Assembly: GCA_965153355.1 (NCBI GenBank)
Contig: OZ231126.1
Span: forward strand, 38,068,001-38,132,000
DNA from: Flaccisagitta enflata
Lineage: Eukaryota
Direction of reading: 5' to 3'
Length of the DNA: 64,000 bases
The position numbers and the translations under genes were made by a program. Positions 1-64,000 of the stretch are shown in pieces. Below the pieces are notes generated by a model that made no database searches, had not been told where the DNA came from, and saw only the letters and a list, made by a program, of their open reading frames with translations. Numbering within the stretch: the stretch's first letter is position 1; the number at the start of each line of letters is the position of its first letter.

Positions 1-57
1 ACCGACCGACCAACCGACAGAAAAGTGGCTTATAGAGTCGCGTAGCACGCGACTAAT

Positions 58-760
58 AAGTCAGTCTTCGGCTTTTTGACATATTCCAGAGAAACATGGT
101 TTTCATTTTCTTATGCGGACCAATTGCGGGTCTCAAATGAAATTGATAGGGTAATTAAATTTGATGATTTTCTTTCATTTAGCGCCAAGCAGAATGCTCT
201 ATGATGAAAATTTTCTTAGTCATGATTTTCAGTTACTCTATAAGAGGTTTTGTCTGTCCATCGGTCCTCGGTACATTGGTCCATCCGTGAGCACGAGTCA
301 AAGTGGAAAAATGAACATTTTAGATACTTTTCAGTTGCGGACACGCAACTCTATAAGAGCCTTTGTCCGTCTGTTGGTCAGTCCATCCATCGTTCCATCT
401 GTCTGTAATGATCAAGTCGAAAAATGGAAAAACATGCATTTCCTGCTCTGTCCACCCGTCCGCAACTGGTGGCCGTGTATCCGGCCTTGTTGTTAATGTG
501 TCTGTGTTGGAGGGGGGCTGGGTGGGGCGTTGGGTGTGGATTGGGGTTGGTTGCCCCTGCTCACCCTTCCGCAGCGATATTGTGACCCTGCGTCACATGT
601 TTTCAATCTTTTTATATGAAAAATTCTGATTTTTTGTTTCTTATGATTTTAAGTAGGATCAATAAGTGAGTGAATTGATATTTGTTTGAGCACGCAAATA
701 TAAGCAAACATGTTTATGAGCATAGCTGCTTATCTGTCATGGTGTTTATGAGTATTACTA
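58..760. mobile_element. Dispersed repeat (second copy at ~14159-14600) interrupted by two nested HINE-like elements (~221-601 and 328-491)
   Basis: aagtcagtcttcg.ctttttgacatattc.agagaaaca... and gtaggatcaataa...gagcat.gctgct.atctgt are shared with 14159-14600. Confidence 0.65.
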
Positions 761-793
761 GTAAAAAGTCGCATCTTTAAAGCTCTCTTAATG

Positions 794-979
794 AACAAGG
801 CCGGTTACACAGCTACCGAAGTCGCGTGCAGGTGGGCAGGGGCCATATTTGAGGTCACTAGACCATTTACGCAGCAGCAGTCGGGTCAAAAAAATAAAAT
901 CATAAAAAAAGTAAAACGTGACCCATCGACCGACCGACGGACAAAGCGGGTTGTAGAGTCGCGTGCATGCAACTAAAAA
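794..979 (-). mobile_element. HINE/DINE-1-like element, AGTCGCGTGC subfamily
   Basis: aacaaggcc end, subTIR agtcgcgtgc, GACC/GACG microsatellite, terminal palindrome and A-run. Confidence 0.7.
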
Positions 980-1004
980 TGATAGCAATAGGCGGATTGC
1001 ACCA

Positions 1005-1352
1005 CTGTCCTGACAATGTGTCCTGACATTGTGTGCCAACATTGTGTCCCAACATTGTGTCCCGACATTGTGTCCCGACATTGCGTCCCGACATTGCGTC
1101 CCGACATTGTGTCCAAACATTGTCCCGATATTGTGTCCCAACATTGTGTCCCAATATCATGTTGTGATATTGTGTCCCAATATTGTGTCCCGATTTTGTG
1201 TCCTGACATTGTGTCCCAACATTGTGTCCTGACATTGTGTCCTGACAATGTGTCCTAACAATGTGTCCCGACATTGTGTCCTGACATAGTATCCCGGTCA
1301 TTTGTGTCCCGACAGTCATTTGTGTCCCGACAGTTATTTGTGTCCTGACAGT
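1005..1352. repeat. 13-bp minisatellite (CATTGTGTCCCGA)n grading into an 18-bp variant
   Basis: Period of 13 is directly visible; source of the spurious Cys-rich ORFs. Confidence 0.9.
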
Positions 1353-2384
1353 AATTTGTATCAGTTTAGTAAATTCTGTTGATTGAGTCAATTAAAACAG
1401 ACTGTATCACTAGTCTGGCCTTGTTGGCCTTGTTACTTACAGACTTGCTCCTCTATAAGAGGCTTTGTCCATCCTGAGACTCTGTCATTTGGTTCTTTAG
1501 TTCACTCATGCATGATTATGTTGCGAGCTGAAAAGTGTGAAAATGCGCATTTAAGAGGCTTCCATTGTGATTATGTGCGTGTGCATATGTGTGTGTGTGG
1601 GGGGGGGGGGTAGTACGACCCTACCCTCCCCCCCACCCACCCCCCCATCACGGCAAAATCGTGATTACCTGCTCATTGCACAGCATTCTTTTTTTGTTCA
1701 TTGTTGGTGCAGCATCTCCGACTTGGACCAATTCCTGATCATGTTCAGTTGCAGCCTGCTGCATACAAAACAAAACTTTGTTATCCTACTCGACGAATTT
1801 ATGATAATAACCCTTATAGCAAAATCCAATTCTAGTACACCTTTCTTGAAACTGGCTCTCAAATCAATAACATTGTAATTGTAATCAATCTACTAGCAGC
1901 ATAATCTATTTCCAAGGCTAAAGAAAACATATGACATTCTTCGAAATAAATCATACTTGATAGTTTGAGGTAAGATTAAACCCCGGGGCTAGCTTGGGTT
2001 TGAATTGTATGCAAATAAAACTTCATCAGTAACAATGATAATAGTACTGCATTACACTCAAACATGACCAACAACAACATCAATCCTGAGGCAGCCGACC
2101 AACCCTGAGCGACCCCATGCAACACTTAGTATACCCCGGGCAAATCCATTCAACCCCAACCAGACCCTGAGCAACCCTAAATTCCCGAGCATCTTGAGCC
2201 ACCCTTTATGCTACATTGCTACAGACTACCTGATGAATCAGTTGCATAAAGAGGTGCTATTTTTAGTTGCGTGCTACGGTCTCACTACCGCCCAAATGCT
2301 CGACCTCCAGTGTCTTAGAATACGGCCCCTGAACGTGATTGGGGTGGCAGCTTATCCCCCTTTATTAGCATAGAGGTGACTTAC

Positions 2385-2404
2385 TTTGGTTCTTGGATCT
2401 TTCC
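2385..2404 (-). CDS. Candidate 20-nt micro-exon downstream of exon 15
   Basis: Long polypyrimidine tract + ...cgaatag|GGAAAGATCCAAGAACCAAA|GTAAGT; open in the phase-2 frame from exon 15 (KERSKNQ). Confidence 0.35.
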
Positions 2405-2919
2405 CTATTCGAATGAAAGAAAAGTGATCAAAAAAAAAAAGAAAAGAAAAAAAAAAGAGAGAACAAAAAGTTCTTGAATTGAAGCCTTTGTTGTAAAGGA
2501 GAAGACATCAAATGTAAAACTCGTTTCTTCTTCCACTTCTTTAAGAGATTATTTCGTATGTTGAATGTCACTTTGCGGCTCCAGTTTTCATCTTCCACTG
2601 AAGTACTACTTTTTGCACTGCCTCTACTCGTAGTTCATCTAGTGAAAAATTACTCATATTTCTATTGTACAAAGGGCACTCTTTGATCGGCGCAGAACCT
2701 AGCCCCAAGCTTGGTGCGAGCTCTAGTTTGGGCGCAATTGCTCAAATAAGTGGAGAAAATGGAGTAGCCGACTTTGATTAATTTTTAAAAATGCTTCTAT
2801 GGCCGAAAGAATTGTTTCAACAGTGGATTCATCTTAGTTAGACATGTATTGACTAGAAAAAAATAAAATTTCAATTCTTTCGGCAATCCGCATATGTTGC
2901 CGGCACCGCCTGACTAAGA

Positions 2920-2925
2920 TTTATT
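2920..2925 (-). terminator. Candidate polyadenylation signal AATAAA
   Basis: Plus-strand TTTATT, about 77 nt past the exon 15 stop codon; the context is AT-rich, so the evidence is weak. Confidence 0.3.
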
Positions 2926-3001
2926 CTCTCGTAATGTTATCTATAATCGTTAAGTATAGGAAAAAGTGAATAATACAATTGTATCTCGTCGCCATTATTC
3001 A

Positions 3002-53539
<50,538 letters not shown>

Positions 53540-54000
53540 TTCGAAAGAGAAGATCGTCATTTTTAAAAGTGAGTTATCCGTTTTTGACAAAAGTCGTTTT
53601 CAAATGGCAAGACACTATGTAATTGTAACCGCGTTGTATTTCTACTGCGCAGCTGTGACAAAAGTAGAGATGTGTCACGTATTCAGAATGCCGTATTCGC
53701 CGCGAGTAGCCATTTTTTTGTCTTTCCACAACTCATAAGATTATATTTCTTTGTCGAGTTATCGTCTTCCCAGATCTGTATTCATCAAAATGTTGGTCGC
53801 GTGGATTGTTTTTCCTCTTTTTGTCTTTTCCGCTTTTTTATCTCAACGAGTTTACATGTTTGATGAAAAATGGAATTGGAAGAGGAAACGGAAGATGTTT
53901 TTTTTTCTTTCGTCCAAGAATTCGTCCCTTCGGGCAAACGCATCCAATGTTGCTTTTGTTCCTGATGCAAAAAGTTTGGATAGCATCATTCGTTCTCAAC

Positions 54001-54162
<162 letters not shown>

Positions 54163-55566
54163 TTGTGTGTTGTGCTAAAAAAACGCCGAAAAAGTAAAAA
54201 GGGCACCAACCGACCGGCCGACCAACCAACCGATGGACCGACCAACCGATGGACCGACCAGCCGACGGACCGACATAGCGGAGTGTAGAGTCGCGTAGAA
54301 CGAGACTAAAAAAGACACCTAGACATAACGGAGCATTCAATCAGAGATGTACACCACTCGATTGCCTCACTGATCAAATTCGACATTCGAGCAAAGCGAT
54401 ACTATACTTCCCAAACTTGGATCATTATTCAAACGCTTGTAGATGACGTTGTTTTTGAGATAGCGTGCTTATGAAGGCAACATTAAGAATCTATCCAGCA
54501 TTAAGTTCTTTTGAGGACCAACAGATTTCATCTGATATAGACAGAATTCTGCTTTAGCCAATATGAAAATGAAATGTAGCAGGCAGAAGGGACAAAGTAT
54601 AAGCATGTTATAGGCGTAATTCTGTTGAAAGCGGGTCCGTTTTTCAGAGGAAATTGTGTCATTGAAATGCATGATATCTTAATGTGATCCTATTATTTTG
54701 ACCGCATAAATAAGTGTTTACTTGGATGAAGCGGTAAGTGCTTTTTCATGAGGCGGGGCCTCCCGTCTTAAATTTAACTAGCCAACTTTTTTCAAGGGTT
54801 TACAATAACGGATCAGAAGAAACAAGTGACAAATTACAAATAGACTAATTTTGTAAACAATATTTCCACACCAACCAAAAAAAATCATTCTAATTTTTAT
54901 GAGTTATTACGAATATGTTGACTGTTGAAATACTCTTCGCTTTAGGCCAGGCCTCGGGATTTTTCGGTAATGTGTAATGTACATCATTTTCTTTTTTTGT
55001 TGAAATTGAAGGAAAGAATCCTTCTTTCTCGACTGACGCAATCCGCCCTTAATCGTTGTTTTCAGGCGCCTTTCATCATTTTACAAACAAAATTCAAGGA
55101 AGAAAAAAAATGCGACAAAATGAATTGGAAAGAAGCCAAAATCGAAACTTCCATGGAACGATAAACGTGACGAAAAAGAAATCCTGAAATTTATTTAGAT
55201 TTTTGTTTTTATTCAACTTTTCTTGAGGTTCTTTTTTTCCATTTGTGAAAATCTTTTTGTTTTTTTCTTTTTCTCATTCGTTTGTTTTTTTTATTTTTTA
55301 GGGCCGAATTTCAACAGCAAAGTGTTGGCAATGTGACGATTTTAAAGACAGAACATAATGAGTTATTTCATCGATTTCATAACATTTACCATTTCTTCTT
55401 CAGTTTTTCTTACTTAGTTTTTTTTTTCAAAAAAAAAATTCTCATCTTTTTATTTTTTGTCCTTTTTCGTTCTTTTTACGGGGAAAAAATCGGAGACATC
55501 TTTTTGAAAGCTGAAACGGAATTTCCTTCCTTCGTAAAGAAAAGTGAATATTGACGAGAAAGGCAA

Positions 55567-55629
<63 letters not shown>

Positions 55630-56270
55630 GAGAAAGAAAGAAAGAAAGAAAGAATGAATGAAAAAGAAAAAAAGAAGGAAAGGAGAGAAAAGAAAATCGA
55701 GAAGAGGGAGTAGTGAAAAACAGCAGAAAGACCGACATCCAATAGATGCGTCTTTATAGTATCGTAAAAATGAGATGGTACTTCCATGAGAAAATCTTCA
55801 ATATTGCATAAGCGAACGGAAGGACAGATAGATGGACGGACCTACGTACCAACGGACACACCCGTTTATAGAGATGCGAGGACGCACAAAGAAATTAGGA
55901 GCAACAGAGAGAATGAAAAGCTATACGGGCGTTTAGGGGAAAGATATTAGGAAGAAAGTGTGTAAAAGAAAGAAAACAGTGTTTAACTCTGGAGTTATCA
56001 ATTGGTAAAATTTGGTCTTTATCAATCTTCACCGAGTGCGGTCGTTTTGGGATACCGCGATGAATGATGTCTCTGTTTCGATTTTCCAACTTTTTTTCAC
56101 ATCATTTTTTATTATCCTGAAAAGAACTACATTTAAAACGATATTTGATGGAGATTTCTTTATCAAACGAAAAAATAAGTTCCAAAATCTGATGAGAGAA
56201 AAAAAGAGAAAAAAATATTTCAAAGAAGAGAAAGATTGGCGAGAGATCCTTTTTGTTAAAAGTCTTACTT

Positions 56271-56328
<58 letters not shown>

Positions 56329-56431
56329 TTCTGTTTCTCCCTCCCATTCTCCTCCCTTCCTTTCCCCTTGCCGCGAAATGGAGGAGTGAAGACTTGAGGA
56401 AGGAGAAAGAAGAGACACGCTTCAAAATCAG

Positions 56432-56532
<101 letters not shown>

Positions 56533-56619
56533 ACAGGCAGACAGGCAGACAGACAGACAAAGAGACAAATGAAATGAGAATTATGAGAAGGAGCGACAAA
56601 CTGACTTTCAGACAGACTA

Positions 56620-57206
56620 ACAGGGTGTGCAAAAAAATCCGCACTCATCATTATTTCTACTAAAAAGACACCTAAAATTAGAAAAACTTTCTCAAACTAA
56701 TGCTCAAAGTTGAAAATTAGGTTATTTTTATAATTAAGATAACAAAAAATGTAAGTATAGTAGATAGCTGAATACATTTTTAGACCAACAATGACAAAGC
56801 TAGAATATTACAAATATTCTTTTTCTGTGAATAAATGTTTATCTCTGATCTAAATTCAATCGATGAAATTTTTGTTGTGCACTGTAACCCCTCCTTCTTG
56901 GCCCATCCATCTCTCCCTGATATATTTCATCTCAAACAATCCATCTAAAGACCAATGAGATAGCTAAAACTTTCTTTTTTTAGTAAATACTGCTCTGCTA
57001 ATAAAATCATGTCATGTCATGTCATATTTTCTCTTTTTTCTTACATACATATCATGGCCATGTATAGAAATTGTATCAGCTGTTCTTGATTTCTACTTTT
57101 AGTATAACCAACTGAGATACTCTGGTTCAAATTTTAGCTCATAATTCCCATAAGAAGCATGGTTTTAAAGCAATATACTGAGTGCGAATTTTTTTGCACA
57201 CCCTGT
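56620..57206. mobile_element. Tc1/mariner-type MITE, uninterrupted copy
   Basis: TA|ACAGGGTGTGCAAAAAAA...TTTTTTTGCACACCCTGT|TA. Confidence 0.85.
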
Positions 57207-57463
57207 TAATGGGAGAAGACGAATGGGCAGACAAATATGTAGAGAGAGGCGGACTGCATTGAGTGAGAAATATAAGTCGTAACAGTCAGGGAGATGTACA
57301 GACAGACCGAGAGACAAACGTACTAATATGCAGATGGACCGAACAGCTGAGAGAAACGGCATGACAGAAAAACCGAGAGACAGACCTACGGAATGACTAT
57401 CGTAGAAATAAATGAGTTACAGTAGCAGTGGAACAGAATGCGCATGGATGGAGACCAGAAAGC

Positions 57464-57511
<48 letters not shown>

Positions 57512-57850
57512 GTGAATTTGATAGTCAGGCTGAGACTGAATGACTAAGATGGAAAGGCAACAATCTTTGAATACAGACACGGAAGGAAGTAAAGGGTCAG
57601 AAGCTTCGTGCAGAAATCGTGTCACAGATGAAGATAAGAACATGAAAACAGAACACATCGACCTTTTTAAAGTCAAGATGTTTTCTTTGTAACATTCATC
57701 TCTTTCTCGATGACACTAAAATAGCTATGCCATTTGTTTTCTATCAAAACTACAAATTCCAGGATAATCAATTTGTGGGGATTTTTTTAAACTATTGACT
57801 GAATAAAAAGATTACGATTGGGCAAAGAAAAATTTAAAGGAAGATTAATA

Positions 57851-58024
57851 CAGTAAAGCTTCACTAAAGCACATTCTAAGGGACTCAGCAAAATTATGCC
57901 TTACAATGAAGCTCCCTTATTGCCAATATAGAAATAACTACCAATTCTTTCATAGTACAATAATTTGTATGTCTTATAGACGGGCATGCCTTACAAGCGG
58001 GTGCGCTATAGCAGTGCTCCACTG
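57851..58024. mobile_element. Short pogo-like MITE
   Basis: TA|CAGTAAAGCTTCACTA...CACTG|TA; ends homologous to 29738-30774. Confidence 0.6.
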
Positions 58025-59419
58025 TACTTATTAATCATTCGATATGCCAAAGAAGTGCCACAGCATCAGACAACTGTATGGACTCTTCATGGGTCAAAGC
58101 AGGCATTATAATGGTAAGATCAATACTTGTCCAGCCAATTGAATGTTGAAGGTGAGTAGATGAATTCCCTGACGTTCCCTGCGCATATAAATGCCCTGTG
58201 TGTGACCGGTTTGATTTTTTTAATCATAGTGCTAATAACAGAGAAGTCATCTTGTTCCACGTTCATTCGTTTAAAAACTGGCTACTTAAATACGCATTTT
58301 TTCCCACTCTACATATTTCTTTGTGAGTGAGCACTTATATGAGTTCTATATTACCACTTTCTTAGATGGCCACTTTTCCCACTCAACGTCACCACTTTGC
58401 TCCTTCTCTCTCTTTCTCTCTCTCTTTCTTTCCTGAATCCAGATACGCGCGGAAACACATATCTGGGTCTTTTCTCGTCAAGGGTGTGGGACTTGGATTG
58501 ATCCGATGAAGTTTTTGAAAGAAAGTTATTGAAATATAAGGACCCGACACGCAGCGAGGCATTCTGTTGGTTAAGAATACTAAAAAGTCAAAATGGGTGG
58601 ATGTGTTGTGCCTTGAAATAAACGATTGATTGTCAACTCTGACTAGAGACTAGAATTGGTCAACTTTGAAAAGGGTGGAAATTAACGGTCATGTCCAATT
58701 CTCCATGACATGGGAAAGTGGTCTGCCTTGAAACGAATAGTCGTCATCGAAAAGAAGTGGTCCGCTCTGAAATGTACATGGGCGTGCATCTGAAACACGA
58801 AACACTTTTTTGTTTTCTTTCCAAATCAATTTTCTGCCCGTTGATATTTCAAGAAAAAGACTTCGAAAAGGGCCTTCTTTGACATAGTTCCCACCTTCAC
58901 TCGGTAATTTTCATGTTCTTACGCGCTCGTTTCTCCCATTCCTCACCCCCTTCATTCACCTCCTTGTACAAACTCTCGTTTCTAGTCAACCCTCGTTGCC
59001 TAGTTTTTTATCAACTTTACCTATAAAAGGAGAGAGAGTAATTTGGAATGTGTACATTTAAGGTGAACGATAAGTTGAACTGTTTTCAAGGTGACGTCGT
59101 TTTCAGGTGAGGATTGCACTGGTTTGTTTACAAATCTGCCACATCGATAGTACTCGTCATGTTGATTAATACATTTTTGCGTCTTCCTCAGTCTAACTGC
59201 GTTTATGGTGCGTCTTGAGTTAGCCTTCCTCCATAAATGCACTTATTGATTCTTTCATTGTTTTTTTTTTCATACATTCTTTTATATCTTTTTCTTTCTT
59301 TATTCTTTCTTTCCTTCTTTCCTTATGATAGGTGGAAAAATATCCCCCACTATACCCAAACCGAAAAATATGGAAGAGGGCCCAAGGAGCCCCCACTGAC
59401 CAGTCACTACGCACATGTT

Positions 59420-60118
<699 letters not shown>

Positions 60119-60840
60119 CTCTAACCCATCTACCCCATTCCATTACCCACAGGTCTGGTATCCCCGGCGCTGAACCTTCGATATACTCTTTGCCTTTCAA
60201 CCATCGCAGCATCAGTATATCTCTTCTCGTTCTCTAACTCTATCTAGCTTCACCGCCAAATCATTGCGCCTGGAATAATATTATCATTACAAATTAGCCA
60301 ATATAACCAACCTTAGAAATTATGAAGGAGAAATTTCTCCTCTCCTGCAAACGCCAACGGCCAAAGTTTTCTGGGAATCTTAACTTTGTGTATTTATCTA
60401 TTAAGTTATTAGAGAGAAAATCGCTGCTTCGGCATTCATAAGTATTGTGAAATGATCAAGTTTTTGATTGTTGAGAATGCTTTTGAGATTGAACCGAATG
60501 TAAGAAAAGAGAATAAATGGCATTTACATCGAGAAAGCAGGGACAAATAGAGCGATGGGGTTGAGTAATGTTGTCCAAAGTTCTGTAAGGCTTCGCCCGG
60601 GAAACGCTTTTTGGAGAAACTTTTATTGATAAGCACACAAGCGTTCCTACATAGTAAGTTTATGTAAGTGTCGGTCAGTTGGCTAGTCATTCGCGTTTGG
60701 GTGGCAGCATATTGTATTATCGGGATTCTCACCTGTTGGAATTTTTTTTTTAGTTCCGTGCATGTGACCGTATAACCCGCTATGTCGGTCCGTCTGTCCA
60801 TCTGTCTGTAACACTAAGCCTTTTCAGCCTTGACGGGCGG

Positions 60841-61000
60841 TTTTTAGTCGCGTGCTACGCGACTCTACACCCCACTTTGTCGGTCTGTCGGTCCGTCCAT
60901 CGGTTCGTACGTCACACTTTCCTTTTTTTGGGTTTTTGCGGTTTTTGGCCTCACTGCTCCTGCCCTAATGATCTGGTGATCTCAATTACGGCCCCTGCCC
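60841..61000 (+). mobile_element. HINE-like element truncated by the insertion starting at 61001
   Basis: Matches 42977-43130 up to gcccctgccc; the 3' subTIR and hairpin are missing. Confidence 0.7.
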
Positions 61001-61475
61001 GGGTACGGTCTAGTAGGCCTAAGATACTTAGTCCTAGGGTTTTACAGTCCTAGGGTCTAACTGTCCTAAGGTCTAGTAGTCCTAGAGTCTATTAGTACTA
61101 GGGTTTACTGGTCCTAATAACAAGGTTGACTAGTCCTAAAGGGAATAAATAAGGAGGGTCTGATAGTCCTAAAGTAAAGGTTTCTCAGTCCTAAGGTCCA
61201 GTTGTCCTAGGACCCACTAGTCCTAAGGGAGGAGGTCTACTAGTCCTAACTGATAGCTGATATACACCCACGTGGTTGAATGATCCCATTTAGGACTACT
61301 AGACCCTGTCACAGGGTTTACTAGTCCTAGATAAGTAAAAGGCAAATCATGTAATTAGGACTAGTAGACCCTGTCACAGGGTTTACTAGTCCTAAATTAA
61401 AGATTATCTGCTTGAGAGTTGATCTCATTATTAGGACTAATAAACCTTGGCTAAGGGTTTGTTAATCCTAATAAA

Positions 61476-62052
61476 AATAGTCGCAAAAGCGTTAGATGGT
61501 CAGCGGTACCCGTTGCCCCTATGTGAGTGTTTGTGGGTGTGAGATGGTTAGAGGGGCAGCGGCCCCGAAGGGGCCGATGACCTATGCTATTTTTATTTGG
61601 GCCTCAAGGATGGAATTAGGGCCTGGAGGCTGCAATTGGGGCCTTGAGGCTTGGATTAGGGCCTTGAGGCTGGAATCTGAGCTTTGAGGCTGGGATTTGA
61701 GCTTTGAGGCTGGGATTTGAGCTTTGAGGTTGAGATTTGAGCTTTGAGGCTGAGATTTGAGCTTCGAGGCTGGGATTTGAGCTTTATGGGTGGGATTTGA
61801 GCTTTCAGGCTGGGATTTGAGTTTCAAAGCTGGGATTTGAGCTTCGAGGCTGGGATTTGAGCTTCAAGGCTGGGATTTGTGCCTTGAGACTGGGATTTGA
61901 GCCTCAGGGCTGGGATTTGAACCTCGAGGCTTGGATTTAAGCCTGGAGACTGGGATTTGAGCCTCAAGGCTGGGATTTGAGCTTCAAAGCGGGGATTTGA
62001 GGCTCGAAGCTAGGATAAGCATAGGTCATCGGCCCCTTCGGGGCCGCTGCCC
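61476..62052 (-). mobile_element. 20-bp-array inverted-repeat element, copy 4
   Basis: Perfect inverted repeats, about 20 array units, conserved tail; inserted in an A-run. Confidence 0.85.
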
Positions 62053-62711
62053 AAAAGGACAAATCAAGCATTTAGGACCAATAGACCCTGTAACAAGGTT
62101 TACATGTCAATTGACAAAACATTATAGGTGTATATATCATGCCATTATCTTTGGTCCAACTTCTTGAAAAGTTTTGAAATATTTTATGAATAAATCAGAT
62201 AGATACACCTATAGTGTTTTATCCATTGACTGAAAATTGAAGATATTGTGTTTGTAAATCTATCTTATTATTAGGACTAATAGACCTTGGCTAAGGATTT
62301 GTTATTCCTAATCAAGAAAGGGCAGATCAAGTATTTAGGTCTAATAGAACCTGTCACAGGGTTTACTAGTCCTAAATAGAAAAGGGGGAAATCAAATATT
62401 TAGAACTAGTAGACCCTGTCACAGGGTTTACTAGTTCTAAATAAGAAAGGGAGAAATCAAATATTTAGGACTAGTAGACCCTGTCACAGGGTTTACTAGT
62501 CCTAAATAAGTAAAAGGCACATCAAGTATTTAGGACTAGTAGACCCTGTTACAGGGTTTACTAGTCCTAAATTAAAGATTTTGTACTTGTAAGTCAATCT
62601 CATTTTTAGGACTACTAGACCCTAGTTATGGGTTTGTTAGTCCTAATCAAGAAAGGGCGACTCAAATATTTAAGACTAGTACACCCTGTTACAGGGTTTA
62701 CTACTCCTAAA

Positions 62712-63043
62712 CAGTCAATGGACAAAACATTTTTTAGTATGTATATCATACCATTACTTCAGATCTAACTTATTGAAAATCAGCAAATTATCATATGCAA
62801 TGATTAGTGGTTGTGATTACATTTGGCTGTAAACTGATAGTGATAAATCAAAATGTTAATGCAGGCTATAATCAACAACCAGTTGTGCTTACATTACAGC
62901 TAGCTTTAACACTTTTAGTAAAATTACAGTAAGCTGTAATTCAAATCCCAAGTTATTTCATACATTATCTTATCTTTTATCAAGAAATAAGATCAAAGCT
63001 AATGTTATGCTAAATACATCTATAGTGTTTTGTCCATTGACTG
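62712..63043. mobile_element. MITE with TIR CAGTCAATGGACAAAACA (shorter copy at 62106-62232)
   Basis: TIRs are visible in both copies. Confidence 0.7.
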
Positions 63044-63074
63044 TAAATTGAAGATTTGGTTATTAGGACTAGAA

Positions 63075-63784
63075 GGGGCCTATTCACTGAATCACGAACT
63101 CTGATCTGGAAAAAAGGCCAGTCTAGGCTCATTCCACTGAAGCACTACTTCGTGCTTCAGTGGAATTGGAATTCGTGCTTCAGTGGATTAACTCTTAACC
63201 TCTTTTCATGATGCAATCATTGAATGTAAATATTCCAATGAAATAAGAAATTTATTTGATTTTGTTAAATTGAAACAAGAGAAGTTTTTTTTTTCTTTTC
63301 TAAACTGTCATCTTCAAATATCTTCAATTTCTTGTTTTTATTGTAAATATTATTTCCTATTGTATCAATTTTTGTGTCTCTGAACAAAAAAGTTTTCTTT
63401 CCTGCATCTTTTTTTCTTATGAATCTTGTTTTTACTGCAATTTTTTTCTTATCATATAAATTTTTGTGTCTTTGAAGGATTGAAGTTTTCTACTTTTCTT
63501 ACCTGCAATTTTTCTTCATAGGTTGAAAAGTAAGTTGATGTTAAAACATGTTTTCTTTTTGAATTAAGGGAGGTAAAAAAAAAACAGTGGATTTCTTTAT
63601 TTCTTCAGATAAAAAGATTACTTTTATTTTCTTTCACTGTGACAAAATCAGTTATGTTCAATTCCACTGAAGCTCGAATTGCCAAAAGCACTAGTTATTT
63701 CTTTTTCCACTGAAGCACTAGGGTGTGCTTCAGTGGAAATAATTCTAACTTAAGCACGAATTTCGTGATTCAGTGGATGCCCCC
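63075..63784. mobile_element. MITE with imperfect TIR GGGG..AT.CACTGAATCACGAA and internal CCACTGAAGCAC repeats
   Basis: Ends are reverse-complementary; flanked on both sides by tagaa (possible 5-bp TSD). Confidence 0.55.
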
Positions 63785-64000
63785 TAGAAGGCCTTTCTTT
63801 TAGGACTTACCATGTCAGTCATTCAACTAGATATTTGATCTCAGCATTTTTCTTTAGGACTAGTAAACCCTTGCACAACAAATATTCAGTGTCAGCCAGC
63901 ATAACTTCTACCTTTAGGACTATAAGGCCCTCCTCTTAGGACTAGAGGACCCACTTATTTGTTTAGGACTAGTAGACCTTAGAACGAATAGACCCTGCTT

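Larger units (their letters stand above)
61001..64000. mobile_element. Foldback-like element built from TAGTCCTA/TAGGACTA repeats with an internal 65-bp palindromic array; runs off the window
   Basis: Left arm is rich in tagtcctaa and the right arm (63790-64000) in ttaggacta; unit TTAGGACTAGTAGACCCTG-TCA-CAGGGTTTACTAGTCCTAA, period 65 (62401, 62466, 62531). Confidence 0.65.

Noticed and set aside
788..1391. Cys-rich ORFs (keratin-associated/metallothionein-like)
   Set aside because: Translations of a 13-bp minisatellite that are open in several frames on both strands.
1669..1762. Exon-like segment on the minus strand (AG...GTAATC)
   Set aside because: Open only in phase 0, which is incompatible with exon 15 (phase 2) or the micro-exon (phase 1); it encodes no TM segment.
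61290..62710. CRISPR-like look of the palindromic repeat-linker array
   Set aside because: The linkers are homologous to one another rather than unique, there are no cas genes, and the context is eukaryotic.

Overview
Eukaryotic (invertebrate animal-like: spliceosomal introns, abundant CpG, very microsatellite-rich) genomic DNA. Nearly every ORF in the supplied track is spurious microsatellite or repeat translation. Reading splice sites by hand reconstructs one minus-strand, 15-exon gene spanning 53539->3002. All introns are GT-AG and all junctions are phase-compatible. The CDS is 2148 nt (715 aa): N-terminal hydrophobic segment, LRRNT, ~19 LRRs, a two-cysteine LRRCT and a Thr/Ser-rich mucin-like stalk. 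The stop codon overlaps a splice donor, so the gene may continue into further exons. Introns and flanks are packed with non-autonomous mobile elements: more than 25 Helentron/DINE-1-like (HINE-like) elements in several subfamilies, hAT-, Tc1/mariner/pogo-, piggyBac- and possibly Transib-like MITEs, two foldback elements, minisatellites and deep nested insertions. No rRNA, tRNA, CRISPR array or intact transposase was recognised. I cannot demonstrate a wholly new biological system. The best leads are the LRR-mucin gene with a possible secreted/extended isoform switch, the co-varying HINE-like family, and the palindrome-array foldback at 61-64 kb.
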